Source: Blasia pusilla (lineage: Eukaryota). From it: a stretch of 64,000 bases of DNA. Numbering within the stretch: position 1 is the stretch's first letter; every line of letters starts with the position of its first letter. The position numbers and the translations under genes were made by a program. The DNA lies in assembly GCA_050084515.1 (NCBI GenBank), contig CM114271.1, forward strand, positions 11,904,001-11,968,000, given 5' to 3'. The notes under the pieces are model-generated. The model made no database searches, was not told the origin of the DNA, and was given only the letters and a program-made list of their open reading frames with translations. Below are positions 1 to 13,351 of this stretch, piece after piece.

Positions 1-440
1 ATGGACTATTGCTGTGACATGTCACTGATGATGTGGACTTGAGTACGACTCATCTAGTCATATGTGTATATTTTTCTAGTTACCACCAACGACTCCTTTA
101 GTCATGGTTGGTGTGCAAAATTTCAGGATATCCTATCAAAATGCACCAAGTATACTCCATTGAGTTATAGTTGGCAACTCATGTAGTCATTTTATTTTAT
201 TGAAATGTTGGTATGGACTCATGTAGTCATGTACTATGACTAGAAGAGTAGAGTTACATGACTACTATAAAAGAGGACACAACTGGTTTAGTCGTGAAGA
301 TATGACTATATGAGTAGCGGAAATTATATAGCCATTGCAACAGAACTGCATGAGTCATACAATTATGACTAGAGAGAACTTGAAGCTTACTACTTTAGTT
401 TTTGAAGAGTACTATGCAAGTTATATTGATATGACTAATG
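1..440. repeat. CACTA left subterminal repeat region
   Basis: Many short ATGACTA/TAGTCAT motifs in both orientations; inverted homology to 50790-51300. Confidence 0.75.
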
Positions 441-949
441 GGAATATAAATTTTTGATATTTTGGAATATTTATTATGCCTTTTGAACGGTGCAAGAATG
501 AATGGATCTGAATTATTGAAATCCTCTTTTGAAAACAGATTTTGAGGGGTGGAATGTCACTTAAGAGTAGCTTCCATACACCAAATTACAAAATTAATCA
601 TTATTACATGGGGTTGTCATTCAAAAATAGATAAAAATACAAATATCAAATATAATAGGGTTTATGATCTCATCTTGAAAGAGCAAGAGAGATTATGCCA
701 TCCATGAAAACAAAGTTATTGCACCTTAGATAGTTGGGTGCCAAAAGAAAAGACTATTCTATTGATTCATCTTTCTCATATGCATCTCTGGCCAGAGCAT
801 GCTTGAACCAAGAGCATCACCAAATGTTTCCTATGCAAGTTTGTCTATCAAATTCGGCATCCACAAAGCATGTTGTGGTTGAACACCTCGTTTAGATCAA
901 CCCTCACCATGCCTAAGGGGATGTCTTTGGCATGGAAACCCCACCAAAA

Positions 950-3900
950 CCTGATATAACTCCTGACCCAAGCACCATCCTACTCAACTTTGGCTTGGTG
1001 AGTAATACGTGATCACCAATTCGTAGCTAAAAAAATACACATGCATTTAGTTAGTACCAATTCAAATTCTTTCCACATGCATTTGCACCATTGATCTGAA
1101 AATAAAAAACTGCTATGATATACCTGTTTGAAAGACCATCCCCATTTCGGAAGATGACGTGAAAAGTTCACAAGTCCTAGACGACCATTTGACTGTCCAC
1201 AACAAGAATTATCAGTGTCGTCATATAAACCTTGAATAGAAGAGGCCATTATAGATGAGATAAATTACCTTAGTTATTTTCTTAGACGGGCCTGATCTGA
1301 TTTCACTTTCTGCTCATTCAAACCATCAGTTGTAGCCTAGACTTGTCTTTTGGATGGTGATGATTTGGCTTGGCTATCCATACTCACGTTTTCTGCACAT
1401 TATGCACGACAAAGTCCATTGAAGGTTGTAGGAAGAAATGAGTTTTGTTTCGTGGATAGTTTGAAAACTATGCCACAGATAAATTCATTATGCCAAGGAT
1501 GACATACTTACGAGTGATTCGAGTATCACCGTCTACACTTTCTGTGGAACTTCTCCTTTTGTTGCTCCGTTCTCGCACTTCAACAAACAACCCAAGTATT
1601 GAGAAATGAATTGTAAAACCAGATTCTTCACTTCAACAAGTAATTATATTATACGACCCTACATGTAGTGAAGCTAAACTCTCTACTTACCACAGTTGTG
1701 TAGTTGGCATTGCCTCTTTTTGTGTGGAGATCTTCCTCTTCCTTAATTTTCATTTGTCAGAGCGTTGGTATAGGTTCAACACTGATCTGTAAGTTACTCA
1801 AAACAAAGAAAGTCAGGTTGTGAAATGCTCATCTTTGGAAAGGACAAGTAGTTATAACCATTGAAAACCAAGGGCGGAAGAATGAGAATGGGCTACCTGA
1901 TGTGAGTTTCTCATCTGTTGTTGCATATGGTTGAGAATTGGATGGCGTGGAACTAGAAATCTGGTGTGGTGTTGAAGACACATCCTTTGAAGTAAGTTTG
2001 GACACCATATCCATGAGTACACTTAATGCCTTGTTTACGCGTTCCATCGCAACTTCACATCATCCAAATCTGCGCTCCACTTCTTTTCCACTTCTTCCAA
2101 TTGAATAGTGACTCTAGATTCCACACTCTGCATATATAATCCAACGATCAATTAGGTACCAAAAAAATATGGTTTTGCAATTACACACTTAGATACAATC
2201 ATGATACTAACACCATAATTCAACATGATTAAGGATATGATATTAACTCCATGACCCAATCAGATGAAGGTCATAATACTAGCCATGTCAAGCCAACGGG
2301 TAAGAAAAGAGTTAAGCATTTACATTTACCGATGAACTCAATTGTGTGAAACCTGGTTGCTTAGGCAACTCGCTTCTCTCCGTATATTCTAGCCCGTGCC
2401 CAAGGACTCCTTTGAGGTGCGTTGTTGCACTGCACATGCTCCTTAAATACATAAATTATGAAATTCATGCATGTGAAAGGATTCATTGCAAATATGGAAA
2501 TGAAGCAATAATGGAAGTTTTCTACCATTATATAACTTTAGCAAGAAAACTAGGAATGCCAAGATGACTTACATCAAGTCCATCTAAACTGCACGGCCGG
2601 AGAAATTTAAAGTCCGGACCTTGGCCCTTGCTCGAGCCATCTTTTCGCCTTCATTTTTCCTTCCTCGGAGAGCCAATAATCTACTAATCGATTCCATGAC
2701 TCCTCATTGGTATCAGGGTGACATGGGACTGGCTCGATGAGCCCCATGTAATGTCCAATAGTTCTTGACATTGGATCGCTCGGTTTTCAATAGTTGTGCT
2801 ATTTTTTCTTCATGAAATCAAGCGAAAGAGATGATGCACCCACATATGTGTATGCCTCAAGGATATGATTTCGAGCAGACCATCTTTGATAGAATTATGT
2901 TTACCAATCTCAATACATGATAAGTCCAAGTACCTCATCACCCATACCTTCAATTCATTTAGCCAAGGCTCATAACCAGGAACTCTAGGCGACGGAATAC
3001 CATTTGGCATGAGCTCACATCTAGGTTTTAAGTTTTGCTCCTTCCTAATGGAGACATCATGAGTCCAAAAATCACGCTTTGTGCGACTCTGCCGCTCTCC
3101 TACAAATATACCACCATCCCAATTCTCAGATATAAAAAATATAGGGCCGACAATTATAAACTCACCAAATGATAATTATGCTGAACTATATTAACTATAA
3201 GACCAACTTATACTAGTAACAATTTCACACCTTTCATAATACAACAACCTATTTTAGTATAAATTTGCAAACTTGGAACCAAGTGAGAAGTCACCTTTAG
3301 ATGCATCTGCTTGCGGGGTCAAATTTTCTGATGGGCTTGGTGTTGTGCAAGATTGAGACCTACTACGGTATAATTCATCATCCGTATTCCCGTTGGCCAA
3401 TGGAGGTACCAATGGTGTTGGGGCAGCGGTTGGGATGGCCCATGTCCCTTGTGTCCACAAAAGAAATACAATTAACTAGTTAGACTTCCAATTAATTGAA
3501 TTCCCGTGTGCAAAACAAGAAAGAAACAGAATAGTAAGCCACGCTTATCCATGGGGTGGGATGTTCATGGATGATTGAGCTCCATTGGTCCATGGTGGCT
3601 GAAATTGACTTCCATAACCCATCGGTGATTGCATCATCATTGGTACCCACCACGGCATCGGCTTTGTGCCCATGGGGGTGGATAAGGGGATATGCTTGCG
3701 AAGGCATTATGGGTTGTGATGGAGTTCCATCCATGGGTTTGCACATGCAAGTAAATGGATGAATAAACTAAACTAGAGACCATTTGATGAGCAAAGATTA
3801 GTGAAGTCATAATGACAGGCTTCTACCACTCAATTTATTACATACCAATCATACATATAGAGATAGTTGAATATTCCTCCATGTGTACAATTACATTACC

Positions 3901-4662
3901 GCATCGTTTGTATTGGTGGAATTTCGTACACTTCCTTGTTTGGATGGTTCGGTTGGATGCTCCTTTTCTTGTTTGGATGGTTCGATTGGACGCTCCTTCA
4001 AAACAGAAATTTTGTTGTGAGTTAACACAGTCGTCATAATTCTGAAATCTGAAGAGAGTAGCAAAACAACAAGATGTGAAGAGAAAGTACCCTCCCATCC
4101 TCCAGCCACAAGTCGTCATCCTCTTCAGTCCCCAAGAAGTCCATCTCTAGGAGTGGATTATAATAGGGATCTTTGGAATCACTATCTGAACAATCTTTTC
4201 GAATCTCCTCGGGGATTACACTTTGGTTAGTGGCCTTCTCCTCCAACCGTAAGCTGCGTCTTTGTGGAAGGGAAGGATTCCAAAATGGCAAAGGCTTGCG
4301 CTCCTTCACAACCCTTGGAGCAACAAACCTTCAAAATATGATCACACAAATTTTGTCATATTTTCTAATGTACAACCACTATATGCATATGATACACTTG
4401 ACCAAATAAAGCAAAAGAAAAAGATTATCCAAGATCATACTTACCAATCCTTCAACCCACCAAACAACTCCGCCTCTTTGGCCTTTCTCTCTTTCACTCT
4501 ACGATTCCTTTCTTCTTCGTATGGATTAGGACTTTTTTGAACATTATCTATACCATCCCAAGATGAACTCTGATTGGATTCCATGTTCTCTTCAGTCATA
4601 TCAGGTACACCGTTCCAAGCGCCTCCCTCCCTCTGTAGACGACAAGTTAGCAAGAATAACAC
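950..4662 (-). pseudogene. Fragmented multi-exon ORF(s) downstream of the CACTA transposase (possible TnpA-like accessory gene)
   Basis: Short minus-strand coding-like segments separated by AT-rich intron-like DNA, in the position expected for the second CACTA gene. No recognisable domain. Confidence 0.3.
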
Positions 4663-4830
4663 CTAACTTGACGGCAATTCGAGAGTTCTACTTGTTGCCG
4701 TAGAGTTTCATTCCATTATGCCCAACAACACCAGAATTCACTTACATCCTCGTAACAAAAGTCAATTATTTGAATCATACAAAAAAAAAAAACACAATGA
4801 TGAGTACCAAAGAAACAACTATGAATTAAT

Positions 4831-6883
4831 CTAATCTGATTCTGAGTTATTAGAGTCTGAATCAACATCTTCTATCATATCGCATACATGGATTATTGGC
4901 ACATGTTGCACATCCACTCTAGCAGTTTCCATCTCTGCATCACTTAGGACTCTAGCTCCTAAGGTACTTGCATCTGGTAGATTCCCTGGTTCCATGCATG
5001 TGGCATGGAAGGTGGGCAAAACATTACAAGCTCCATCTAGCGACTCTAAGTCATCAAAATAAACTCTCCGAGCTCTAGCTTCCTTCCTCATTACCACTTT
5101 CCATCCTCCACCCTCATCGGCATCTCCATAAAACACTTGTTGCACTTGTGATGGGAAAACAAATGGCTGGTGATCTAATGGCTCGCATGACCTCAAGTTG
5201 GCCAACAGAAAACCCTCCTTATCTAATTTCATGGATCCTACTCTTGAATCCCAATTTGCTTTAACCCACCGCCCTCGCATTAGTATTATGGGTTGTTCTA
5301 CAACCCCATAATCAAGTAAGAGAATATCAATCAACACCCCAACGTATGAGTATAGACAATTCTGGTTGGAACTTTTTCATCAACAAATCTGCACTATTCC
5401 ACTATCATAAGTGGAGAAGGGTGTCGCACCACTTGGCCCTTCTACCTTGAAGTGGTTTCCGTAGGCTTTCATACTCTTGAATGACAATGCCCTACTATTA
5501 GGAGGTATAGCTAACGATAGTAGGTGAGCATCAGGATCTTTTGAGTTGTCAATTGCATCATGTGTAATGGCAAGGCGAATCCACTTTTCAAAAGGAATGT
5601 CTCTTGAACATGACTGATATTTCCTGTTCAATAACAATGTTAATGGTATTAGTACATTCTTTTGTATTTAATGTGTCAATACCAAAATAATATACACTTT
5701 GAGAGTCCGAATGTAATTCACATAACTATAACCTTGAAAAGCATATATTGGAGAGTTTTACCTTTGCCAATCAACCATGACCTCTGTATTATGCAACACA
5801 TAATGATGTGCTAAGTTGATCATTTCTCGCGAAAGTCAAACTGGAGTGCTTGCACCTTCTAGCTCCTCACCAACGACCCCCTCTTCCTCCCCATCATCCC
5901 ACACTCGCGTGCGCACGTCTTCAAACCTTTTCATATACTCAGTCACAAACCCTAATGCCTCGTCCTTCACATACCCTTCTCGCCATACACCCATCTGGTC
6001 TAGCTTTAGACCGTACATATTTCTTCATGTACCCCATATATCGCTCCATTGGATACATCCATCGACATGCTCTTGGCCCACACATGTCCAACTCTTCTCG
6101 ACATGAATCAACAAATGTGTCATCACGTCGAAGAAAGATGGAGGGAAGTGCATTTCAAACAGACAAAGGGTTATGGCAGTCTCTTCCAAGAGTTTGTCAA
6201 ATAAAGCTGGATCATACACCTTTGTACACACCATTCTAAAAATGCCGGATAATCTAATAACCACCATTCTCACGTGGTCTTTCAAAAGACCACGGATGCA
6301 ATAAGGAAGGACTTCTTTGAATGAAGACATGGTAATCATGTGATTTCATATTGCCCAATTTTCGATTAACCACATGCTTGGAGAGTTCTCCATAATATCC
6401 AGATGGCACTTTCAAGTTTTGAATCCTCGAAAGGAAAGTGTTCAAGTCATGGGGAGATAGACAATAATCAAAAACTGGTTTAAGCAAAACTTGGGGTTTA
6501 CTAGGATGGGGTTGCAACCACAAATGGGATCGAATCCCACGGGCCTCCAGATCTCTCCTTACTTTCACAGTATCTTTCACTCCAAATAAGGTCTTGACTA
6601 GATTCTCAACGATATTCTTCTCAACGTGCATTACATCTAACGTATGGCGTATAAGCAAATTCTGATTGTATCGTCAAGGAAGCATGGACATCTCACAACT
6701 TCAACATGATAGCTAATATTCACAATCAAATCAAACAAAAGCTATCCTCCTCTATAGCCACTATTTCATAACATAAAGAATGGATAATACAGAGAAGGAG
6801 CAGGATACTCGCCAATATGGCAACGAATATAGTATACTCAGCCTTTTCACCCCAGTTCTCTTGTAGGGATCAGTAGTTCTCAT
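4831..6883 (-). pseudogene. CACTA TnpD-type transposase, 3' part (Transposase_21 C-terminus, DUF4218- and DUF4216-like regions), disrupted and 5'-truncated
   Basis: Motifs GVKRLSILYSLPYW, intron, LIRHTLDVMHVEKN, KVPSGY, MKSHDYHV, FPPSFFDVMTHLLIH, EGYVKDEALGF, YDSGI, PFVFPSQVQQVFY and WKVV. Contains frameshifts. Confidence 0.9.
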
Positions 6884-6900
6884 GTGATAACTCCACAATT

Positions 6901-9713
6901 GTGGAGTTATCACATGGGGAGTATGCATTTGCCACAGTCATGCCGGCGAAGAAGGATATGTATGGCAATTGGACGGATAGGCGGATGTGTGGAGATTACC
7001 GTCCTATCAACCGACAGACGAGGTCAGATCGGTATGCCATGCCTACTCTTGAGGAGATCTTTGATGCGGTAGGGCATGCAAAGATCTTCAGTACTTTAGA
7101 TCTCCGTGTTGGCTATCATAAGCTTCCTATCAGGTTGGAGGACAGGAAGAAGACAGCATTTTGGGGGATAGATCGGTTCGGGAGAGATTGCTTGTATCAA
7201 TGGCGGTTCTTACCATTTGGGTTGAGGAACGTGCCTGCAGAGTTTCAGAGAGTGATGGATAGGATTCTGGTTGGCTTGAATTTTGTACGATGTTACATAG
7301 ATGATATTCTTATCTTCAGTTTCACGGTTGAGGAGCATGAGCGACACTTGGGGGAGGTGTTTGGGCGATTGCAGTTACATGGACTGAAGTTACATCCAGG
7401 CAAGTGCAGATTCTTTCAGGAGCAGATTGAGTACTTGGGACACACCATATATCCGAGTGGGTTAGGCATTCTGCAGACGAAGGTAGAGGCTATTACGTAG
7501 ATTCCACGCCCTACAGATGTGAGTCGAGTCCGAGCATTTCTTGGACTGGCGAACTTCTATCGACGGTATGTCAAGGGTTTTAGTGCGATCCCAAAGTCTT
7601 TGACCTTGTTGACGAGACTTGATCAGGTTTGGTTGTGGGGAGATGATCAAGAGCGAGCATTTCAAGAGCTCAAGGACACATTGACGTCCTCACCCATTTT
7701 ACAGAGACCGGTTAGGGATCGCCCATTCTAGTTACATACGGATTGGAGCATGTTGGGTCTAGGAGTAGTGCTTACTCAGAGGGATGACGAGGAGAGGGAG
7801 TTCATTGTGGCTGACACGAGCCGATCGAACAACATTGCAGAGGCGAAGTACAGCTCCTACGAGGGAGAGTGCTTGGCTGCAGTGTGGGCCATGGCACATT
7901 TTAGGTGCTATTTATTCGGCAACCCTTTCACACTTATTACTGATCATCAACCACATGGGCTCTATTACTACAGGAGTATGAGTTTGAGGTGGTTCATAGG
8001 CCAGGTTGGCTGAACCAGGATGTGGATGGGTTGAGTTGTAACCCATGTCCGAGTCAGAGAGACGACACATGAGCTCAATGGCACGGAGAGAGTGATGAGG
8101 AGATGGTGCCCGGTTGGCATGCATCTGCCTATCTTTGTTGGTTGACTATGGCAGGTCAGCCACAGGTGATGACTCCAGTGGTGGGGTTGGATGATGAGTC
8201 TTTGGATCCGGAGGTTAGTGAGGAGGCGACAGGTGGTCGTGATATCCATGACGACGTGGAGGTTGTGGAGTTCTTGTGCATTGGTGTCATTGCGAGTACA
8301 GTGAGTGCTAGGGAGCGAGATCGGATCCTACAGAGAGCCAAGAGGTTCAGGTGGGAGGGGACTCACATTTTGCGGGTATGGGGAGATGGTAGGATACAAG
8401 TGGTACCTTATCCTTCCCAGCAAGCACGTATAGTGCGACATGCCCATGAGGAGTTGGGACATTTTGGAGTAAAGCGTACTTAGAGCTTACTCCAGGTTTA
8501 GTATTGGTGGCACGGCATGCATACTGGGGTACAACAGTTTGTGGCCTGATGTATGGTATGTGACAGAGTGCGAGCATCCTTTAATGCTCCCACTCCGCAG
8601 TTACATCCTTTTCCGATTATGGGTTTAGGTTATCGGTGGAGTTTAGACTTTGCGGGACCTTTGCCATTGACAGGACATCTTCATAGGTACGTGTTGGCCA
8701 TGGTGGAGCATTTCTCCAAGTGGATAGAGTTGGTGGCACTACCAGACAAGGCAAGCAAGGGAACAACTTATGCATTTCTAGATGGTGTGCTTAGTCACTT
8801 TGGTGCACCGGCGGAGGTGTTGATTGACCAGGGTACCGAGTTCAGGGGAGAGTTTCAGGCCTTGTGTGATCAGGCGCTGATAGATCACCGCACCATGTCT
8901 AGAGATCATCCTGAGGCGGATGGGTTGGCGGAGAGAGTGGTACAGACGGTGAAGAGAGGATTGTACAAGTATGGCTTGCAGCGGGGACAGTTGAGGGAGT
9001 GGGACCTACAGTTGCCATGGTTGGCTATGGGTTATCGCTTTAGTCGGAAGGCATCCTTGGCATCATTTTCACCGTACTTTTTGCTCTTTGGGAGAGAGCC
9101 AGATTTACCTGCAAAGCAATTCGGCGTGACATGGCGGAGGTGTTAGATCTTGATGATCCAGATATGTGGGTACAAGCATGTTCTCAGAGGGGCAGAAGTT
9201 TTTCGTAGAGTTATGCCTATGGCCTTTGAGAACTTAGCTATTGCCCAACATAGAGATACATTGAGGTACGCGACCATTCGTGGAGGAGGTTATCGTCCAG
9301 GGATTAGGAGGTTTCATCCTAGAGATTATGTGTATTTACAGCAGGCGGCACCCACAACGCTAGATGTCACTGTAGGGCGCACGATCCTACGTGTGCGCGA
9401 GGTATTACCGACCGGAGTCCTCATGTTGGAGGGACGGGATGGTATGGTTTGGAAGGATCATGTGCGCAATTGTGCGCCATGTCATCTTCCGAACGTAGAT
9501 GAGATGGTGGATCCGAGCTTGGCAGTGGTACTTGCAGGCTTGAGGTGTATGTTGTGCGGATCTGCAAGGGGTGCAACCACCATGTTGGTATGTGATGGTT
9601 GTTCTCGAGGGTGGCATATGTCATGTCTTACCCCCCTCTTGATGTGGTTCCCACGGGACAATGGATGTGTTCGAGATGTGTATAGGGTAGTAGGTCATGT
9701 AAGAGAGATGTGA
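6901..9713 (+). pseudogene. pol: Gypsy pol (RT, RNase H, integrase, PHD finger) with stops and frameshifts
   Basis: ORF pieces 6901-7500, 7519-7731, 7750-8013, 8103-8483, 8553-9146 and 9150-9713. PHD signature CMLC...MLVCDGCSRGWHMSCLTP. Confidence 0.92.
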
Positions 9714-9763
9714 TATTTTCTATCTGGAGTTGGGGGGATCCAACTGCCAGCTAGGGGGGCGGT

Positions 9764-10401
9764 TGTGTGATCTCCATGTATATGTATGAGTTGATTTTTT
9801 GTACATGTGTGGATCAACCCGTGTGTGGGGAAGATCGATGTTGTGTGGTGTAGATGTGACGAGCGATGTATGTTGTGTAGCAATATGTATGCGCACGACA
9901 GTTGTCACATCTGAGTAGCCGATAGGCCGAGATCTATCGTGGATAGGACGTAGGAGCCAACGGATTATCTTGAATGTAAATTTGTCCCACGGTGTCGGAT
10001 GAGGTTGAGAATAGGTCCATTGTGTCAGGAACGTCGTTTCTGACAACTTTCATGTTAAGGTCTTTTACAACCGAATGACTTGTTGACCAGGTCACCCGCC
10101 CCTGGTAACCTGTGCGCGCAGGTTACCAAGGGGAGGGCTATTTTTAGGGGAAGAGCCTTTTGGCTCTTCCCAACCCTATATAAGAGAGTAAGATGGCTTT
10201 CCTAAGCCATCTTTCTCATGTTGGGCCGTTGGAGCACCTCCCTTGTATGTGTGTGAGCTAGGAGTTGTGTGATCTCCATGTATATGTATGAGTTGATTTT
10301 TGTACATATGTGGATCGACCCGTGTGTGGGGAAGATTGGTGTTGTATGGTGTATATGTGACGAGCGATGTATGTTGTGTAGCGATATGTATGCGCACGAC
10401 A
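9764..10401 (+). repeat. 3' LTR of Gypsy A, itself bounded by ~137-bp direct repeats (9764-9900, 10266-10401)
   Basis: Starts TG just after the PPT and ends CA. The two repeats are near-identical. TATA box (CTATATAAG) at ~10176-10184 lies between them. Confidence 0.75.
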
Positions 10402-10820
10402 ACTTGCCTAGTAATACCGAGTCATAAACAATGACTTATGTGTTTAGTGATTTCATGCTCCAATAGTCCTGTTTTTTTTTTTTTTTTTGTTTTATATATA
10501 TAATGCGTTCTTGGCATTGGGTTGCCCCTCAAGAAAAAAATTAAGCATTCTTGGACCCTTGGTTCACGGGGAAGGGTACTAAAAGAGGGCTCAAGAAGCA
10601 AGAGGAGGAATTTGGGTTGGATTGTTCCACATCTCTATGCCATTTTCATCTAATCATGGACTTAACTTTTCTTCCCACCTTTGGGTGGTGCTAAGACTTG
10701 GCACCACCTAAGACCATAAACCCCTCCACATTTGAACGGTTCAGATCTGCCCGTTAGTCCCCCATACTCAAACCAAAAATGGAAGACCCTTTTTAGGGCT
10801 TACGATTTTTTAATTCCATG

Positions 10821-11400
10821 TGTCGTGCGAATCCACATCGTCATACAACATACATCGCTGACATACCATACTCACATACATAAATAACATAGACGAGAGC
10901 ATACACAAACACAAGTGTATCACAACTGAAATCTGTGAAAGACCTACTGTCATAAAACACGTATAGAATCACATACAATCGAGCCAAACCCACTCCACGA
11001 TGGGAGAATCCAGGTCGAAGCTTGCGAGAACCACCATAGCCAAGAGCTCTACTCACTACCAAGGCTAACTCCCAACGCAACAGGCTCAACTCAAAGAACT
11101 AACTGTTCTTTGAATACACTCCACACTGTATCCTCCAACCTAAGGGCGGGCCCTATTGGAAAAGTCACCCTCAACATAGTAACCCCCAACCCTATGTTTG
11201 AAACCGCATCCCTATCTACACACCACGGCCCTACATAAGGTATGGCCTCTACTAACACACTATACTCTACGACATAATCCGTATGGTCATGACAGCTGTT
11301 GTGCGAATCCACATCGTCATACAACATACATCGCTGACATACCATACTCACATATATACATAACATAGACGAGAGCAAACACAAACAAAAGTGTACCACA
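10821..11400 (-). repeat. 3' LTR of Gypsy B, bounded by 104-bp direct repeats (10821-10924, 11297-11400)
   Basis: Begins TG after the minus-strand PPT TAGGGGGGCGAG and ends CA. Two near-identical 104-bp repeats flank a 372-bp core. Confidence 0.75.
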
Positions 11401-11575
11401 ACTCGCCCCCCTAAATGGCGGTTAGGTCCCTCTAACTCCTAGGTAGCCCTATACATCTACTACATGCTATACACTTTTGTGGGTGCACAAATTAGAAGGC
11501 CGGGTGCAAGGCTGCCCCATCGTTAGTCGCATATCTGTAATCCATATCATGCAAAGATCAAGTCATCTACCCCTC

Positions 11576-13351
11576 CTAAGAACATCTAGGACAAACCCAC
11601 CTTCCACTAGGAACAATATCCATATGTGGAGTCAAACACATCATGTGCCAATCCCTAGAACACCGATCACACACTAACATACGGGCTGCGTTACCAGCAG
11701 ACCCACACAACATGCGCCTCAAGCTAGCACGTATCATGGCTAAGCTTGGGTCAATAGTACCATCCATATTTTGAAGATGACATGGCGCACAATTAGGCAC
11801 ATGGTCCTTCCAAACAACTCTGTCATGACCCTCCAACATGAGAACTCTAGAAGCTAACATCTCTCGCACTCGTAAAATAGTGCGGCCTGCCGTCACATCC
11901 AACGTTGTCGGTGCAATCTGCTGCAAATAGACATAGTCCCCCACATGGAACCTACAAATTGATGGTCGATAACCTCCACCCCGAATGGTTGCATACCGCA
12001 ACCTATCCTTGTGTTGAGCAATGGCAAGATTCTCAAAGGTTGTTGGCATAACTCTCCGAAAGAGCTCTGCAAGCTGAGAACACACTCTCATCCACATCTC
12101 TAGGTCATCAAGGTTCACCACCTCACTAGACTCCCAACGAATTGCTGCAGGCAAGTCTGGATCTCGACCGTATAACAGAAAATAAGGTGAGAAGGAAGCC
12201 AAGGATGCTTGGCGACTGAACCTATACCCCATGGCTAACCATGGCAACTGAATATCCCTGTCTCCAAGATGCCCCTTCTGTAGACCATACTTGCGCAATG
12301 TCCTCTTTACCGTCTGAACCACACGCTCAGCCAAACCATCCACCTCTGGATGATCTTGAGACGTGGTCGGATGATCCATCAATGCCTTCTCACACAAGAC
12401 CTAAAACTCACTCTGAAACTCTGTATCCTGGTCGGTTAGCACTTCAGCTGGTGCACCAAAATGACTAAGCACTCTATCAAGAAACGCATACGCTGTTCCC
12501 TCACTTGCCTTGTCAAGTAATGCCACCAACTCAATCCACTTGGAGAAGTGCTCCACCATCACCAACACATATCGATGATGTCGTACAGTCAATGGTAACG
12601 GTCCCGCAAAGTCCACACTCCAACGGTAACCCAACCCCATAGTAGGCAAGGGGTGTAACTGTGGTGTAGGGGCATTGAATGATGCCCTCACCCGGTCACA
12701 AACGATACAACGTGACACCAACTTCTGCACCTGAGAATGCATGCCACGCCACCAATACTAGCCAAGGAGTAGGCTATACGTACGCATTACCCCAAAATGT
12801 CCCAACTCCTCATGGGCATGTCGCACAATGCGCTCTCTCTAAGCCAAATGCGGCACCACTCGTACTCTACCATCCTCCCACATACGGAGAATATGTGTTC
12901 CCTCCACTCGATACCTCCTAGCACGTTGAAGAACACGGTCTCGCTCCTTGGCACTCACTATGCATAACACCCTACTGGACCGTAGGAACTCCAACACCAA
13001 CGCATCATCATGAATATCACGCTGATCCGTACCATCATCTCCAACCTTAGGATCTGAAGGCTGGCCATCTACCCTCTGACTAGAGTAAGATGTCATGTGG
13101 ACCTCCATACTAGAGTCCACCCCTAACCAACATAAAAAGGCAGATGCATGCCAACTTGGCACCATCTCCTCATCAACCTTGCCATGCCATCTAGACCCAG
13201 TTGCATCCTCTTGGCTAGTACATGGGTTCCTACTCAACCCATCAGCATCGAGGTTGGCAACTCCATGTCTATCTACCACCTGGAAGTCATACTCCTGTAA
13301 GATAAGAGCCCACCGTGCAAGCTTCCGTGTAAGCTTGTCAGACTCCATCAA
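11576..13351 (-). pseudogene. Gypsy B RNase H C-terminus, integrase and PHD finger
   Basis: LARWALILQEYDF, ADGLSR, WSVDFAGP, TDQDTEF, DGLAER; PHD MLC...MLVCDRCSRDWHMMCLTP...WVCPRC. Confidence 0.92.

Larger units (their letters stand above)
6885..10401 (+). mobile_element. Ty3/Gypsy LTR retrotransposon A, 5'-truncated (RT-RNase H-integrase-PHD, 3' LTR)
   Basis: RT (MCGDYRPIN, YIDD), RNase H (TDWS, YSSYEGECLA, TDHQP), integrase (HEELGHFG, C-x2-C, WSLDFAGP, DQGTEF, DGLAER) and C-terminal PHD. Polypurine tract AGGGGGGCGG at ~9753-9762. Confidence 0.92.

Noticed and set aside
3935-3999. 33-bp tandem duplication in the CACTA interior
   Set aside because: A two-unit local duplication with no evident significance.
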